Assembly (NCBI GenBank): GCA_027307045.1
Contig: DAHUXR010000006.1
Location: 14,185 to 78,184, forward strand
Length of the DNA stretch: 64,000 nucleotides
Reading direction: 5' to 3'
From: Acidobacteriaceae bacterium
GTDB lineage: Bacteria > Acidobacteriota > Terriglobia > Terriglobales > Acidobacteriaceae
Shown here: one piece after another, positions 35,291-44,804 of the stretch
Layout: every line of letters begins with the position of its first letter
How positions within the stretch are numbered: position 1 is the first letter of the stretch
Notes under the pieces: generated by a model
The model's input: only the letters and a program-made list of their open reading frames with translations
Told to the model about the DNA's origin: nothing
The model's database searches: none
Made by a program: the position numbers and the translations under genes

Positions 35291-35974
35291 TCAGAAACTT
35301 GTCCGTATATTTAAGTAAGCGAAAAGTCGTGTGACATCGACAAGGCCAGTGTGCGAAAAATCGTTCACAACCATGTCAGCGCCGGCTTGCTGTAGCATGG
35401 ATTCCCTTCCGTTGGCAGCGAGGCCCACACACTTCATTCCCGCGCTCTTGGCTGCAAGCACACCGGCAACGGCATCTTCGCATACCAAAATTTGACTCGC
35501 ATCGACTTGCAAGATCTGGGCGGCCAGCAAAAACAGAGACGGATCAGGTTTGCCCCGCTCGACGTCATCTCCTGTCACGACGGCGCGAAAACGATCGCGC
35601 AGATTGAAAAACTCCAGAGCCTGCTCTACTCGTCCGCGGCTACCGGAAGTTGCCACTGCGCTCGGCAATGCCACTGCATCAAGCTGCAGGAGAAATTCGG
35701 CAAATCCCGGGACAAGCTTCAATTCACCGGCACGAACCTGAAACAGTCTGTCCTTTTCAGCACCGTAACTCGCGGCTTCTTCTGGAGTGAGTTCACCGAG
35801 AAAGCGTTTCAATATGTCTTCGCGCTTTGCTCCTTCCCGGACAAAAGAAAGCTCCGCGTCACTGAATGCTTTACCTTTGGTCAGCAAAAAGGACTTCCAA
35901 GCCTGCATGTGCGCAGGATGGCTATCTACGATGACTCCATCAAAGTCGAATATTACAGCGCCAAGCATCCGCAT
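35291..35974 (-). CDS. HAD-IA hydrolase (beta-phosphoglucomutase-like)
   Basis: Motif I 'VIFDFDGVIVDS', 'ATSGSR', and 'GKPDP...CEDAVAGVLAAKSAGM'. ATG 35974 lies just after the upstream stop (35977). The track start 36022 overlaps that gene. Confidence 0.8.
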   Translation of the reverse strand: MRMLGAVIFDFDGVIVDSHPAHMQAWKSFLLTKGKAFSDAELSFVREGAKREDILKRFLGELTPEEAASYGAEKDRLFQVRAGELKLVPGFAEFLLQLDAVALPSAVATSGSRGRVEQALEFFNLRDRFRAVVTGDDVERGKPDPSLFLLAAQILQVDASQILVCEDAVAGVLAAKSAGMKCVGLAANGRESMLQQAGADMVVNDFSHTGLVDVTRLFAYLNIRTSF

Positions 35975-35976
35975 TC

Positions 35977-36699
35977 CTACAAACCTTGAACGGCCGATTG
36001 TAGTTGAGCCAATCCGGGCCATGATTGTTGAGCATGCTGGTAGTTTGAGAGTGTGCCGATATCCAACAGGTATTCAGAAACTCTGTATGCGCTCATTTTG
36101 CCGATCATCCTTGGGAGCACGTCGAAGCCAAGATCTGCTGGCAATTGAGCGGGGAGAAAATCAAAGAGCTTCGGTCCGGCAATCATCACTCCCGCGAAAG
36201 CCCAATTGCCCACCGGCTGTGATGGCTTCTCGACAAACTCCTGGATGATGGAATTTTCATTCGTGGTCACAATGCCGCATCGTGTGGGATCGGGTACTTG
36301 ATATATCCCCAGCGTTGCCGGAAGACTCTTCTGCTGATGGAATTCAAGCATTCGTCGCAATTCGATGTTCGTCAGCACGTCAGCATAAAGAATAAAGAAC
36401 GCCTTCTCTCCGGCTACAAAGTCTCGGTTTCCCGCCACTGTTCCCGCGCTGCCAAGCAGTTCGGGCTCTTCGGCAATATACAAGCTCACCCCGGTCCTTT
36501 GCTTGGCAGCAAACTCTCGGATGGCCCCAACATGCGCATGTGTATTCACCAGAACGTCAGTGATTCCAGCAGACTTGCAGTTCTTCAGCCATATTTCCAG
36601 CAGGGGAACGCCTTGAATCGGCAGCAGACATTTGGGAACGCTGTCCGTCAATGGACGCAGCCGTGTGCCATTTCCGGCAGCCAGTAGAAAAGCCTTCAT
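35977..36699 (-). CDS. Sugar-1-phosphate nucleotidyltransferase (NTP_transferase family)
   Basis: 'MKAFLLAAGNGTRLRPLTDSVPKCLLPI' is the canonical GXGTRLXPLT motif. Confidence 0.85.
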   Translation of the reverse strand: MKAFLLAAGNGTRLRPLTDSVPKCLLPIQGVPLLEIWLKNCKSAGITDVLVNTHAHVGAIREFAAKQRTGVSLYIAEEPELLGSAGTVAGNRDFVAGEKAFFILYADVLTNIELRRMLEFHQQKSLPATLGIYQVPDPTRCGIVTTNENSIIQEFVEKPSQPVGNWAFAGVMIAGPKLFDFLPAQLPADLGFDVLPRMIGKMSAYRVSEYLLDIGTLSNYQHAQQSWPGLAQLQSAVQGL

Positions 36700-36736
36700 G
36701 CGAGATCAGACGATAGCAATACGTTGCGGGCCCGGT

Positions 36737-37738
36737 TCACTGCTTTGCTCCAGAGACAGACACGAGCAAGCTCTGCTGTTTGCGCTTCCATTGCCACGCA
36801 GACTCAATAATCTCTTGCAACGACGAGTGCGCGGGATTCCAGCCCAGTTCATCCATGATGCGCTCTGGGCTGGCGCATAGGACGGCGGGATCACCTTCAC
36901 GCCGCGCGCTTACGCGCAATGGAATCATACGGCCAGTTACCCCCGCCGCCGCATTGTAGACTTCCCGCACTGAATAGCTTTTTCCCAATCCGATATTGTA
37001 CGCACGCATTCCTGGATTGTTCAGATTCTGCAGAGCACAAATATGCGCGCTGGCAATGTCCAACACGTGCACATAATCTCGGAGGCATGTACCGTCTGGC
37101 GTGTCATATTCATCGCCATAGATGTGAAAAACCTTGCGCTCGCCGGCGGCTGCCTGGAGTAAAAGCGGGATGATGTGCGTTTCAGGGTCGTGGCGTTCTC
37201 CCAATTCCGCAGTGGCGCCGGAAGCGTTGAAGTAACGCAGCGCCGTCACGCTCCATCCGTAGGCACGGCAATACCAGTCAAGAACGCGTTCGAACATCAG
37301 CTTGGTTTCGCCATAGGAATTCACGGGCTGCTTGGGATCATCCTCCTCAATGGGGACCCGCTGTGGCGTGCCATACACTGCCGCTGAAGATGAAAACACA
37401 AAGTTCTTGATCCCCGCAGCGCGCAGCACTTCCAACATAACGATTCCTGAAGCCACGTTGTGCTGAAAAAACATTCCGGGATTGCTGACCGATTCAGGAA
37501 TCAGCGCCTTGGCGGCAAAATGAAAGACCGCATCAAAGCGGATATGGCTCACCAGAGATTGCATCGCGCTCTGGTTGCCCACGTCAATCTGGAAGAATGC
37601 CGCGCCGGAAGGTACTGCTTCCCTGTATCCCGTAGAGAGGTCATCCACAATGGTGACCGAGTGCCCTTTGCGCAGCAGTTCAGCGCAACACACTGAACCT
37701 ACATAACCTGCGCCACCTGTAACCAACACATTTGCCAT
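36737..37738 (-). CDS. galE: UDP-glucose 4-epimerase (SDR extended family)
   Basis: 'VLVTGGAGYVGS', 'SSSAAVYG', 'YGETKLMFE' (YxxxK). Length 333 aa. Confidence 0.8.
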   Translation of the reverse strand: MANVLVTGGAGYVGSVCCAELLRKGHSVTIVDDLSTGYREAVPSGAAFFQIDVGNQSAMQSLVSHIRFDAVFHFAAKALIPESVSNPGMFFQHNVASGIVMLEVLRAAGIKNFVFSSSAAVYGTPQRVPIEEDDPKQPVNSYGETKLMFERVLDWYCRAYGWSVTALRYFNASGATAELGERHDPETHIIPLLLQAAAGERKVFHIYGDEYDTPDGTCLRDYVHVLDIASAHICALQNLNNPGMRAYNIGLGKSYSVREVYNAAAGVTGRMIPLRVSARREGDPAVLCASPERIMDELGWNPAHSSLQEIIESAWQWKRKQQSLLVSVSGAKQ

Positions 37739-37739
37739 G

Positions 37740-38399
37740 CTACACCCCTGATCCGCGCCAGACCCGAGCCGGGGTCTTAATGAGTATTTTCAGGTCAAAC
37801 CATAGCGACCAGTTCTCCACATAAAACAAATCCATTTCGATTCTCCGACTGTAGCCAGCGTCCTGATCTCCGCTGGTCTGCCAGTAACCGGTCAAACCAG
37901 GTTTCATCTCGACAAAGATCCAGGCTGCGTCGCCGTATTTCTTAAGCTCGATGGGAGTAATCATTCGAGGCCCGACAAGACTCATTTCGCCTTTGAGCAC
38001 GTTCCAGAGCTGAGGTAGTTCATCCAGGCCGCTGCGGCGTAGTCTGGCTCCGACCGATGTGATGCGGGGGTCGTCTTTCAACTTGAAATTCACTTCAAAT
38101 CGACGGCGAAGAAGAGCATCATGCCTCAAGATTTCATCGGCATCCATACGCATGGTTCGCAACTTGAAAGCGTCAAACTTCCCTCTGGGACCTACAACGC
38201 ATCGGCGGAATAAGGCAGGACCACCATCATGAAGCTTTATCCGCAGGGCCAGAATCAACACCAGCGGCCAGCACAGTACCAGAAGAACTAAAGCCCCAGC
38301 CAGATCGATTGATCTCTTCAGTGTACGATTCCACCGTGTTATCGGCAGCCGCTGGCTGCTCAAGAGGTTCTGTGCTTTTGCGGCGGCAGAAGCTGGCAC
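37740..38399 (-). CDS. Small monotopic phosphoglycosyl transferase (Bac_transf; PglC/WbaP C-terminal type), initiating enzyme
   Basis: Single N-terminal helix, then 'FKLRTMR.DA', '[37 protein letters not shown]-like', 'KPGLTGYWQ'. Confidence 0.85.
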   Translation of the reverse strand: [219 protein letters not shown]

Positions 38400-38400
38400 G

Positions 38401-39393
38401 TTAGTCTCCGGCGATAGAAGTTTCGGCCAGAGATGCCGGGTTAGAAAGCAAAGACATGTCGGAATCCACCATCATCCGCACCATTTGCTCGAATGTCACT
38501 GTCGGCTTCCAGCCCAAAATCTTGTTTGCTTTGCTGGCATCTCCGGTGAGTAGATTGTCCTCAGCGGGACGCAGCAGGACGGAATCAATCTCAACATATT
38601 TCTGCCAATCAAGTCCTAGGTGTGAGAACGCAATTTCCAGAAGGTCTTTTACGGTATGCGTGATTCCGGTTGCGATTACAAAATCGTCAGGCGCGGGTTG
38701 TTGCAGCATCAGCCACATGGCGCGAACGTAGTCGCCGGCAAAGCCCCAATCTCGGCGACCCTCAATATTTCCCATCTTCAGCTTGTCGGCCAGGCCTAGC
38801 TTGATGCGAGCGGCCTGTTGAGAAACTTTGCGTGTTACAAACTCCGTCCCTCTGCGGGGCGACTCATGATTAAAGGCAATGCAGGAACACGCAAACATGC
38901 CATAGCTTTCCCGATAATTGATGGTGATATGGTGAGCAAACATTTTAGCCGCCCCGTATGGGCTATGCGGTTGAAGGCGAGTGGTTTCGCTCTGATGCAC
39001 CTCACCAGACTTGCCGAAAATCTCTGAACTCGAAACCTGCAGGAACCTGGCGTGAGGAGCATGGCGGCGAATCGCTTCCAGCATCCTGAGCGCACCCATG
39101 CCTGTGACCTCCATCGTCAAAAGCGGCTGAGTCCAGGAAACCGGGACAAACGTTTGCCCGGCGAGATTGTAGACTTCATCGGGCTTAACTTGTTCCACGG
39201 CGCGATCTAGTGACGTTTGGTCTGTAAGATCGGCCTCAGCGTAGCTGATCTTGCCTGCGAAAGCGCCCAAGCCCTGCCGTTGCGCCCGAGCGATGTTGCG
39301 GACGATTCCGTAAACTTCATATCCTTTTTCCAGCAGCAACTCAGCCAGGTACGAACCATCCTGTCCAGCCACTCCCGTAATTAAAGCGCGCAT
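38401..39393 (-). CDS. gmd: GDP-mannose 4,6-dehydratase
   Basis: 'ALITGVAGQDGSYLAELLLEKGYEVYGIVR', 'SSSEIFG', 'SPYGAAKMFAHHITINYRESYG', 'NHESPRRG'. Confidence 0.88.
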   Translation of the reverse strand: MRALITGVAGQDGSYLAELLLEKGYEVYGIVRNIARAQRQGLGAFAGKISYAEADLTDQTSLDRAVEQVKPDEVYNLAGQTFVPVSWTQPLLTMEVTGMGALRMLEAIRRHAPHARFLQVSSSEIFGKSGEVHQSETTRLQPHSPYGAAKMFAHHITINYRESYGMFACSCIAFNHESPRRGTEFVTRKVSQQAARIKLGLADKLKMGNIEGRRDWGFAGDYVRAMWLMLQQPAPDDFVIATGITHTVKDLLEIAFSHLGLDWQKYVEIDSVLLRPAEDNLLTGDASKANKILGWKPTVTFEQMVRMMVDSDMSLLSNPASLAETSIAGD

Positions 39394-39418
39394 CCCAAGA
39401 CCCCTTTAACGGTTTTGA

Positions 39419-40525
39419 TCAAATCTGCTGGCGCTGATGTAAGCGAATTACGTGATGATATACCGATATCGTTTCCAGCGCCGCTTTATCCCAGGAAAAA
39501 TCAGCAGCTCTCCTCAGAGCATTGGATCTTTTTTGCTGTAACTCCTCAGGACTACGCAGCAGCGCACAGAGAGCGTTAGCCATTCCTTTGACGTCGAACG
39601 GTTCAAAACACTGGGCCCCCGCGCCCGCTATTTCCGGCAGCGGACCTCGGTCAGAAGTAATTACAGGGCAGCCACAAGACATCGCTTCCAATAAAGGAAG
39701 CCCGAAGCCTTCATAAAGTGAGGGCATCACAAATGCATGAGCATGGCGGAATAGAGCAGACAAATCCTTCGCATCCACATAGCCAAGATCGTGTAATTCA
39801 AGCTTGCGGGCAAGGTCGGCGGAAAGGGGGTCTGAGCTTTCCTGTGGACCGTACATCACAGTCTCAAATCGCACGTTCGATTCCTTCTGCGCGATCTCTA
39901 ATGACTCAAGCGCGCTTTTAAGGTTCTTAGTGCGCCAGTTGCGCGCGCTGGCGACAACGACAAGTGGCCGTCCGATGCCGAACTTTTTTTGCAGGCGTTC
40001 TTCTTCATCGGTCGTAGCGCATGGATGAAAGATTTCTCGATCGGCAGCAAGGTGCACGGTGGAAATCTTCTTAGACGCTACACGCAACACCTTTTGCAGA
40101 TCGCTCGCGGTGGAGTGAGAGTCGGCGATGAGGTGAGCCGCGCGCTTGGCCGCTACACGATATCCTGCCTGTACCATCTTTTGTTTTGGCCAAGAATAAA
40201 TGGAGAACAAAAAGGGGATAAGATCATGAACGGTGACCACGACTGGACAACGCAACAACGGGGCTGGATAAAAGGGGCAGTGAAATAGGTCTAGTTTGTC
40301 GCACTTTTCCAGACGCCGAAATTCGAGCGATGCGAGAGGAGAATACTTCCCGGCAGACACTTGCACCGTTTCTAAAGACAGCGTGTCGAGCCCTGGCACA
40401 AGATTGCGCGGATTAACGTACACCACCAGCTCACAACCAGCACGAACGAGCGCAGGCAACAATCCGGCGATGTAACTCCCCACCCCGGATTGGTTATACC
40501 AGCGAGCATCAAAACCTACACGCAT
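39419..40525 (-). CDS. Glycosyltransferase family 4 (GT-B)
   Basis: C-terminal 'AFVMPSLYEGFGLPLLEAMSCGCPVITS' EX7E-type motif. Confidence 0.85.
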   Translation of the reverse strand: MRVGFDARWYNQSGVGSYIAGLLPALVRAGCELVVYVNPRNLVPGLDTLSLETVQVSAGKYSPLASLEFRRLEKCDKLDLFHCPFYPAPLLRCPVVVTVHDLIPFLFSIYSWPKQKMVQAGYRVAAKRAAHLIADSHSTASDLQKVLRVASKKISTVHLAADREIFHPCATTDEEERLQKKFGIGRPLVVVASARNWRTKNLKSALESLEIAQKESNVRFETVMYGPQESSDPLSADLARKLELHDLGYVDAKDLSALFRHAHAFVMPSLYEGFGLPLLEAMSCGCPVITSDRGPLPEIAGAGAQCFEPFDVKGMANALCALLRSPEELQQKRSNALRRAADFSWDKAALETISVYHHVIRLHQRQQI

Positions 40526-40540
40526 GCTTGGCAGCCTCTG

Positions 40541-41323
40541 TCAATCTTTGACCGCGCAATATTGCTTGCTGACGTATCCCTGCGGGGGTTCTTGTGCCAG
40601 GTATTGGAGATCGCCGGAAAAAGAAGGATCGCATGAATTTGTGATGGCCACGTCTATCAGCCGCGCTCCGTTTTGGGCCATCAATTTCCGGATGACTGCT
40701 TCCTTGATGCAATGCATTTCCATGACGTAAGGCGGTTGTGTACCGAGAATGGATTGTAGCCGCGAGCGCAATGCCAATCTTGTACGGACTTTTGCGAGCG
40801 AGCTGGCGCGCAGCGTTTCCGGGACTTGAACAATCAACACCCCGCCAGCCTTCAAGACGCGGATAAGTTCGACGATATATTCATGGCTGCAGGGCGGTGC
40901 GATGTGCTGCAGCACGAGGCTGGTATAAATGAAGCCAAAATAACTGTCCGGCAGGCGCTTCAATCGAGTGTCTTCATTCAATTGGAAATGGCAATGGGGA
41001 CGATCACGATTGAGCTCTTGCGCCGTGCTGATCATCGTGGAAGAAATATCCACGCCGCAGCATTCAGGAAAATACTCAGACATGGCGCGGGTCAACCGGC
41101 CCACGCCGCAACCAAAGTCGAACGCGGGTAGGCTTTTATCGATGCAAACACCAATCCCGGCTGCGTAGCCAAGTACTGCGTCAATCTCTTTGCGGCCTGT
41201 GGCGAAAAAGTCTTCTTTCGTCCATTGGCTGTTGCGTTTGCTGGGATCGGTGCATATCGCCCACAGCGGATCGGCTTGTGCCAAACCTTCCCAGTTTCGT
41301 TGCAGCTCTCTGAGTGAATTCAT
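40541..41323 (-). CDS. Class I SAM-dependent methyltransferase
   Basis: Motif I 'AFDFGCGVGRLT' and 'LKAGGVLIVQV'. Confidence 0.8.
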   Translation of the reverse strand: MNSLRELQRNWEGLAQADPLWAICTDPSKRNSQWTKEDFFATGRKEIDAVLGYAAGIGVCIDKSLPAFDFGCGVGRLTRAMSEYFPECCGVDISSTMISTAQELNRDRPHCHFQLNEDTRLKRLPDSYFGFIYTSLVLQHIAPPCSHEYIVELIRVLKAGGVLIVQVPETLRASSLAKVRTRLALRSRLQSILGTQPPYVMEMHCIKEAVIRKLMAQNGARLIDVAITNSCDPSFSGDLQYLAQEPPQGYVSKQYCAVKD

Positions 41324-42219
41324 GGTTTGCGCGCGACCATCCAGATAGTGTCATACCGATTGATTTTCAGAGTCGCGTGCAGGAAACGGTGAAGTACGTA
41401 ATAGGTCCTATCCAGGAATAAACGGATACCGCTGGAAACATAATACGGATCAAGTGCTTCTTCTATGATGCGCAGCCCAGAGTTTTCAAGAAGCCGGCGC
41501 AGTACCGTCGGAGTGAAATGCGAAAGATGGATTTCGCGAGACGCTCCCGCCCGCGAAATTCCCAGCTTCGGGCTGAACTTCTGAAAGGACTTGAGGCCGA
41601 GCCCATTGCCGATCTTCTTGACCTTTGAGGTCCAAGCCAGTACGTCATTTGGCACCGCGATAACCAACATTCCTTGTGCCCTCAACAGAGCATGGCACCG
41701 ACTCACCAGCATTCCCGGGTCGGGCACGTGCTCCAGAACGTGAAATAAAGTAATAGTATCGAAGGATTGCCGCGGTAAATCCAAATCTTCGATCGGTCCG
41801 ACACGAAGGCTGAGACCATATTTTTCTTTTGCAAGGGCGACCGCACTTTCAGACACTTCGGTTCCGTGGACTTCGCTAAAAAATGACTGGGCAAGATGGA
41901 GGAATTGGCCATAGCCCGCGCCTATATCCAGCAGGCGACCCTTAGAGCTATGCTGTGACAACTTTTTCAGCCTGCGTTTCCACAGCATGTCCCGAGCGTG
42001 CTCTTCGTTGAGCCATGTATCGTACTTGCCTGTCTGCGAGTAAAATGCGCTGATCTGCGCGAAAGACGGCCGTGGGCTGTCAAACACGTACCCGCAGGAA
42101 TCGCAACGGCAGAAATTGAAGTCTGGATCTACTTTCTGTATGCGATCACTGCGGCAGACGCTGCAAGTCAATACAACTTCCGCATCGATCTTCTCATTGG
42201 TAATGGCCGTTGCAGTCAT
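41320..42219 (-). CDS. Class I SAM-dependent methyltransferase with N-terminal Cys4 zinc ribbon
   Basis: 'CSVCRSD...CRCDSCGY', then motif I 'LLDIGAGYGQF' and 'LRAQGMLVIAVPN'. 4-nt overlaps with both neighbours. Confidence 0.8.
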   Translation of the reverse strand: MTATAITNEKIDAEVVLTCSVCRSDRIQKVDPDFNFCRCDSCGYVFDSPRPSFAQISAFYSQTGKYDTWLNEEHARDMLWKRRLKKLSQHSSKGRLLDIGAGYGQFLHLAQSFFSEVHGTEVSESAVALAKEKYGLSLRVGPIEDLDLPRQSFDTITLFHVLEHVPDPGMLVSRCHALLRAQGMLVIAVPNDVLAWTSKVKKIGNGLGLKSFQKFSPKLGISRAGASREIHLSHFTPTVLRRLLENSGLRIIEEALDPYYVSSGIRLFLDRTYYVLHRFLHATLKINRYDTIWMVARKP

Positions 42220-43646
42220 GTAGCGACCTGCCTACCCGGATCTGCTTCACGGGCCGAACTTTGCGCACTTAACAATCCAAGAACGAGAAAGAACAAAGCT
42301 GTTACCTGTGGCGTGGTGTGGAAAAGATAATCAACCGTTCCGTGGACGAGCACACCGCAGATAGCGGCAAAGATGGCAGCGGCAATCATCTTATTGAAGC
42401 TGCCATGCGCTTTGCGCAATTGCACCATGGCATTTCGCAAAGCAAGAACAATCAAGACGCCAAAGACCAAGAAGCCCACCAAGCCGGTCTCCGCCAGAAG
42501 TTCCAGATACAGATTATGAGCGTCGCCAGTCCAGCCGTCAGGCAGACTCAAGAGGCCGCCCATCAGGGCTCGGAGATTCCCGAAGCCAGCGCCCAACACA
42601 GGCGAGTTGGCAAATACGGTGAAAGCTCCACCCCAAATTGCGAGACGCGAGACTGTGGTGAAATCGTCAATTTCGCCAAGGCGCTGAAAGAAAAAACCCG
42701 CTAGAGCGGCAGCCAGCAGACAGACAATCAGGACAAGTGCAACGCGATGCATTCTGGCTTTTCGGTCGTGCGCGGAAAAATACGTGTGTACCAGCAGAAT
42801 GGCAACGAAAGCGAGCAGACCGCCCCGGCTCTGCGTGAGCAAAAGCGCAATACCAGCAAACGCAAGACACCATCGGCCCAGAAAGCGTAGAAGAGGATCC
42901 TTGCCGCCGGTTGCGAACGCTAAGCAGAATGGCAGCACCAGATTGAGATATCCGGCGAGGCCATTATAGTGTTCAAGAAAAGATGTGATGCGGCCTTCCC
43001 ATGCCGGTATCTGCGCAATTTCATCCTGAATCGGATAGAGCACGTCGTAGAGCGGAGAATAACCGCCCGTGAATGCCTGCCAAAGCCCGAAGATCGCAAC
43101 GGCAATGGTTGAAGCCATCAAGGCCTTCAGCAAGGTCCGAGTGTTGTCCGGAGTCTGGCACCAGTCGGTAATCACATAGTAAAAGCCAATGTAAGATGCC
43201 AGGCGCATCAGCTCGCGCTGCGCATCGAGCGTGAGTGGATTGAGAAACAGCGCAGACGCCATCGCAATGACCAGGTACGCAAGGATCGCGCGCGTCAACC
43301 ACGTGCCGAAGAGCCACGCGCGCAGATCTTTATTGCTGTTATGCGTCACGCGATAGACCACAACGCCGGCAAAGAAGCTGAACCGCACCAATGTGCTGAG
43401 ATCGCGTATGGGAAAATCCCAGTTGAGAAAAGGCGTGAGCGGCAAAAAAAAGACGACAAATGGCAGTAAAAGCCGGAAACGCAGCGCGGCAAGAAGGAAC
43501 ACGCCTACGCCAACGGCCAGCGGCAGAGCCACAGGACTAACAAGCGCGCCAGCCGCCAACGCCAGCGTAATGCCGACAATCAGCAGCTCAGACCGCCAGT
43601 TGGGCAGCTCAAGAACAATCGCTCGTGATGTTGCTGGATGATTCAT
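42216..43646 (-). CDS. O-antigen ligase/polymerase family (Wzy-like) integral membrane protein
   Basis: At least 10 hydrophobic helices. A periplasmic loop follows 'LLTQSRGGLLAF' (Wzy_C-type motif). Confidence 0.8.
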   Translation of the reverse strand: MNHPATSRAIVLELPNWRSELLIVGITLALAAGALVSPVALPLAVGVGVFLLAALRFRLLLPFVVFFLPLTPFLNWDFPIRDLSTLVRFSFFAGVVVYRVTHNSNKDLRAWLFGTWLTRAILAYLVIAMASALFLNPLTLDAQRELMRLASYIGFYYVITDWCQTPDNTRTLLKALMASTIAVAIFGLWQAFTGGYSPLYDVLYPIQDEIAQIPAWEGRITSFLEHYNGLAGYLNLVLPFCLAFATGGKDPLLRFLGRWCLAFAGIALLLTQSRGGLLAFVAILLVHTYFSAHDRKARMHRVALVLIVCLLAAALAGFFFQRLGEIDDFTTVSRLAIWGGAFTVFANSPVLGAGFGNLRALMGGLLSLPDGWTGDAHNLYLELLAETGLVGFLVFGVLIVLALRNAMVQLRKAHGSFNKMIAAAIFAAICGVLVHGTVDYLFHTTPQVTALFFLVLGLLSAQSSAREADPGRQVAT

Positions 43647-43649
43647 CCT

Positions 43650-44804
43650 TCACTTATGGCCTGACTGCCCTGCCTTCATCAGGACGTTAAGCGTTTCGCA
43701 CGCGCAGCGTTCCCAAGTGAACTCGCGTACACGAGCAATTCCCTTTTGGCGCAGGCAATGACGTAGGTCAGCATCACGCAACGCTGCGCGCATGCACGCG
43801 GCCATGTCTTCGATTGACAAGGGATCAAAGTAAGCAAGAGCGTTACCAGAAATCTCCGGCAAGCATGACGTGTTGGACGCAATTGTCGGCACGCCGCAAG
43901 CCATGGCTTCTACCATGGGCAGCGAGAAGCCTTCGTACAATGAAGGGACAACAGAAAGGCTGGCGCCTTTGATCAGCAGCGCCAGGTCAGAATCATCCAA
44001 AACGCCAGCAAGAATTACTCGACCTCTCATATCGCGATTTGCAGCGGTGTTCACGATCTCATTGGACGCCCAGCCAAGTTGTCCTGCAAGAACAAGATCA
44101 AAATCCAAATCTGCATTCTCCGCCAGCATAAGACGGAAGGCTTCAATCAACCGCTTGAGGTTCTTGCGGGGCTGAATTGTTCCGTGATGAAGCAGGTACG
44201 GTTTTTCGATTCCCAGTCGAGCATGTAACGCGGCAAGCGCGGTCATGTCCGGAGGGTCAGTGTTGAAGACAGAGTAATCGCAGCCATCATGAATCACGAC
44301 AACCTTTTCTTCAGGGACGTTAAGGTGCGTGACAATGTCTCTCTTTGAACACTCTGAAGAAGTGATGATTGTGCGGGAGAAACGCCCGCAGCCTTTCAAC
44401 AAGACGCGCTGCATTGCGCTTACCGGCGCCGAATGCGAGGGCATGGTGAAGGGCGTAACGTCATGAATCGTGCAGACGGCAGGCACAGGACCTATTGGCA
44501 AAGTGGCTGCTGTGGGAATAAAGATCACATCGGCATGAGATCGCGAAGCGGACAGGCCAGCACCGCCGAAGCGCCACAAGCGATCGTGGTCTAGCAGCGC
44601 CGACGCACATAGTTCAAAGCGGTCGTCTGGAGCAATGTGGATGGCGTCGTTGCCATTTCGGGCGGAAGCAAAAAGCGAGAAGCCAAGTCCGGCGTCTTCG
44701 CGGGCTAGCTTCTTAAATTCCCGCAGCAGGTTCTGCGTATAGACATAAGTTCCCTGGCAGCGAAAACGGCTGGCCAGCGTCCATGAGTCTATCGCGACCC
44801 TCAC
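43650..44804 (-). CDS. Glycosyltransferase family 4
   Basis: 'LSVVPSLYEGFSLPMVEAMACGVPTIAS'. Start reassigned to GTG 44804, which overlaps the upstream TGA (GTGA). The track start 44885 lies inside the upstream gene. Confidence 0.85.
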   Translation of the reverse strand: MRVAIDSWTLASRFRCQGTYVYTQNLLREFKKLAREDAGLGFSLFASARNGNDAIHIAPDDRFELCASALLDHDRLWRFGGAGLSASRSHADVIFIPTAATLPIGPVPAVCTIHDVTPFTMPSHSAPVSAMQRVLLKGCGRFSRTIITSSECSKRDIVTHLNVPEEKVVVIHDGCDYSVFNTDPPDMTALAALHARLGIEKPYLLHHGTIQPRKNLKRLIEAFRLMLAENADLDFDLVLAGQLGWASNEIVNTAANRDMRGRVILAGVLDDSDLALLIKGASLSVVPSLYEGFSLPMVEAMACGVPTIASNTSCLPEISGNALAYFDPLSIEDMAACMRAALRDADLRHCLRQKGIARVREFTWERCACETLNVLMKAGQSGHK

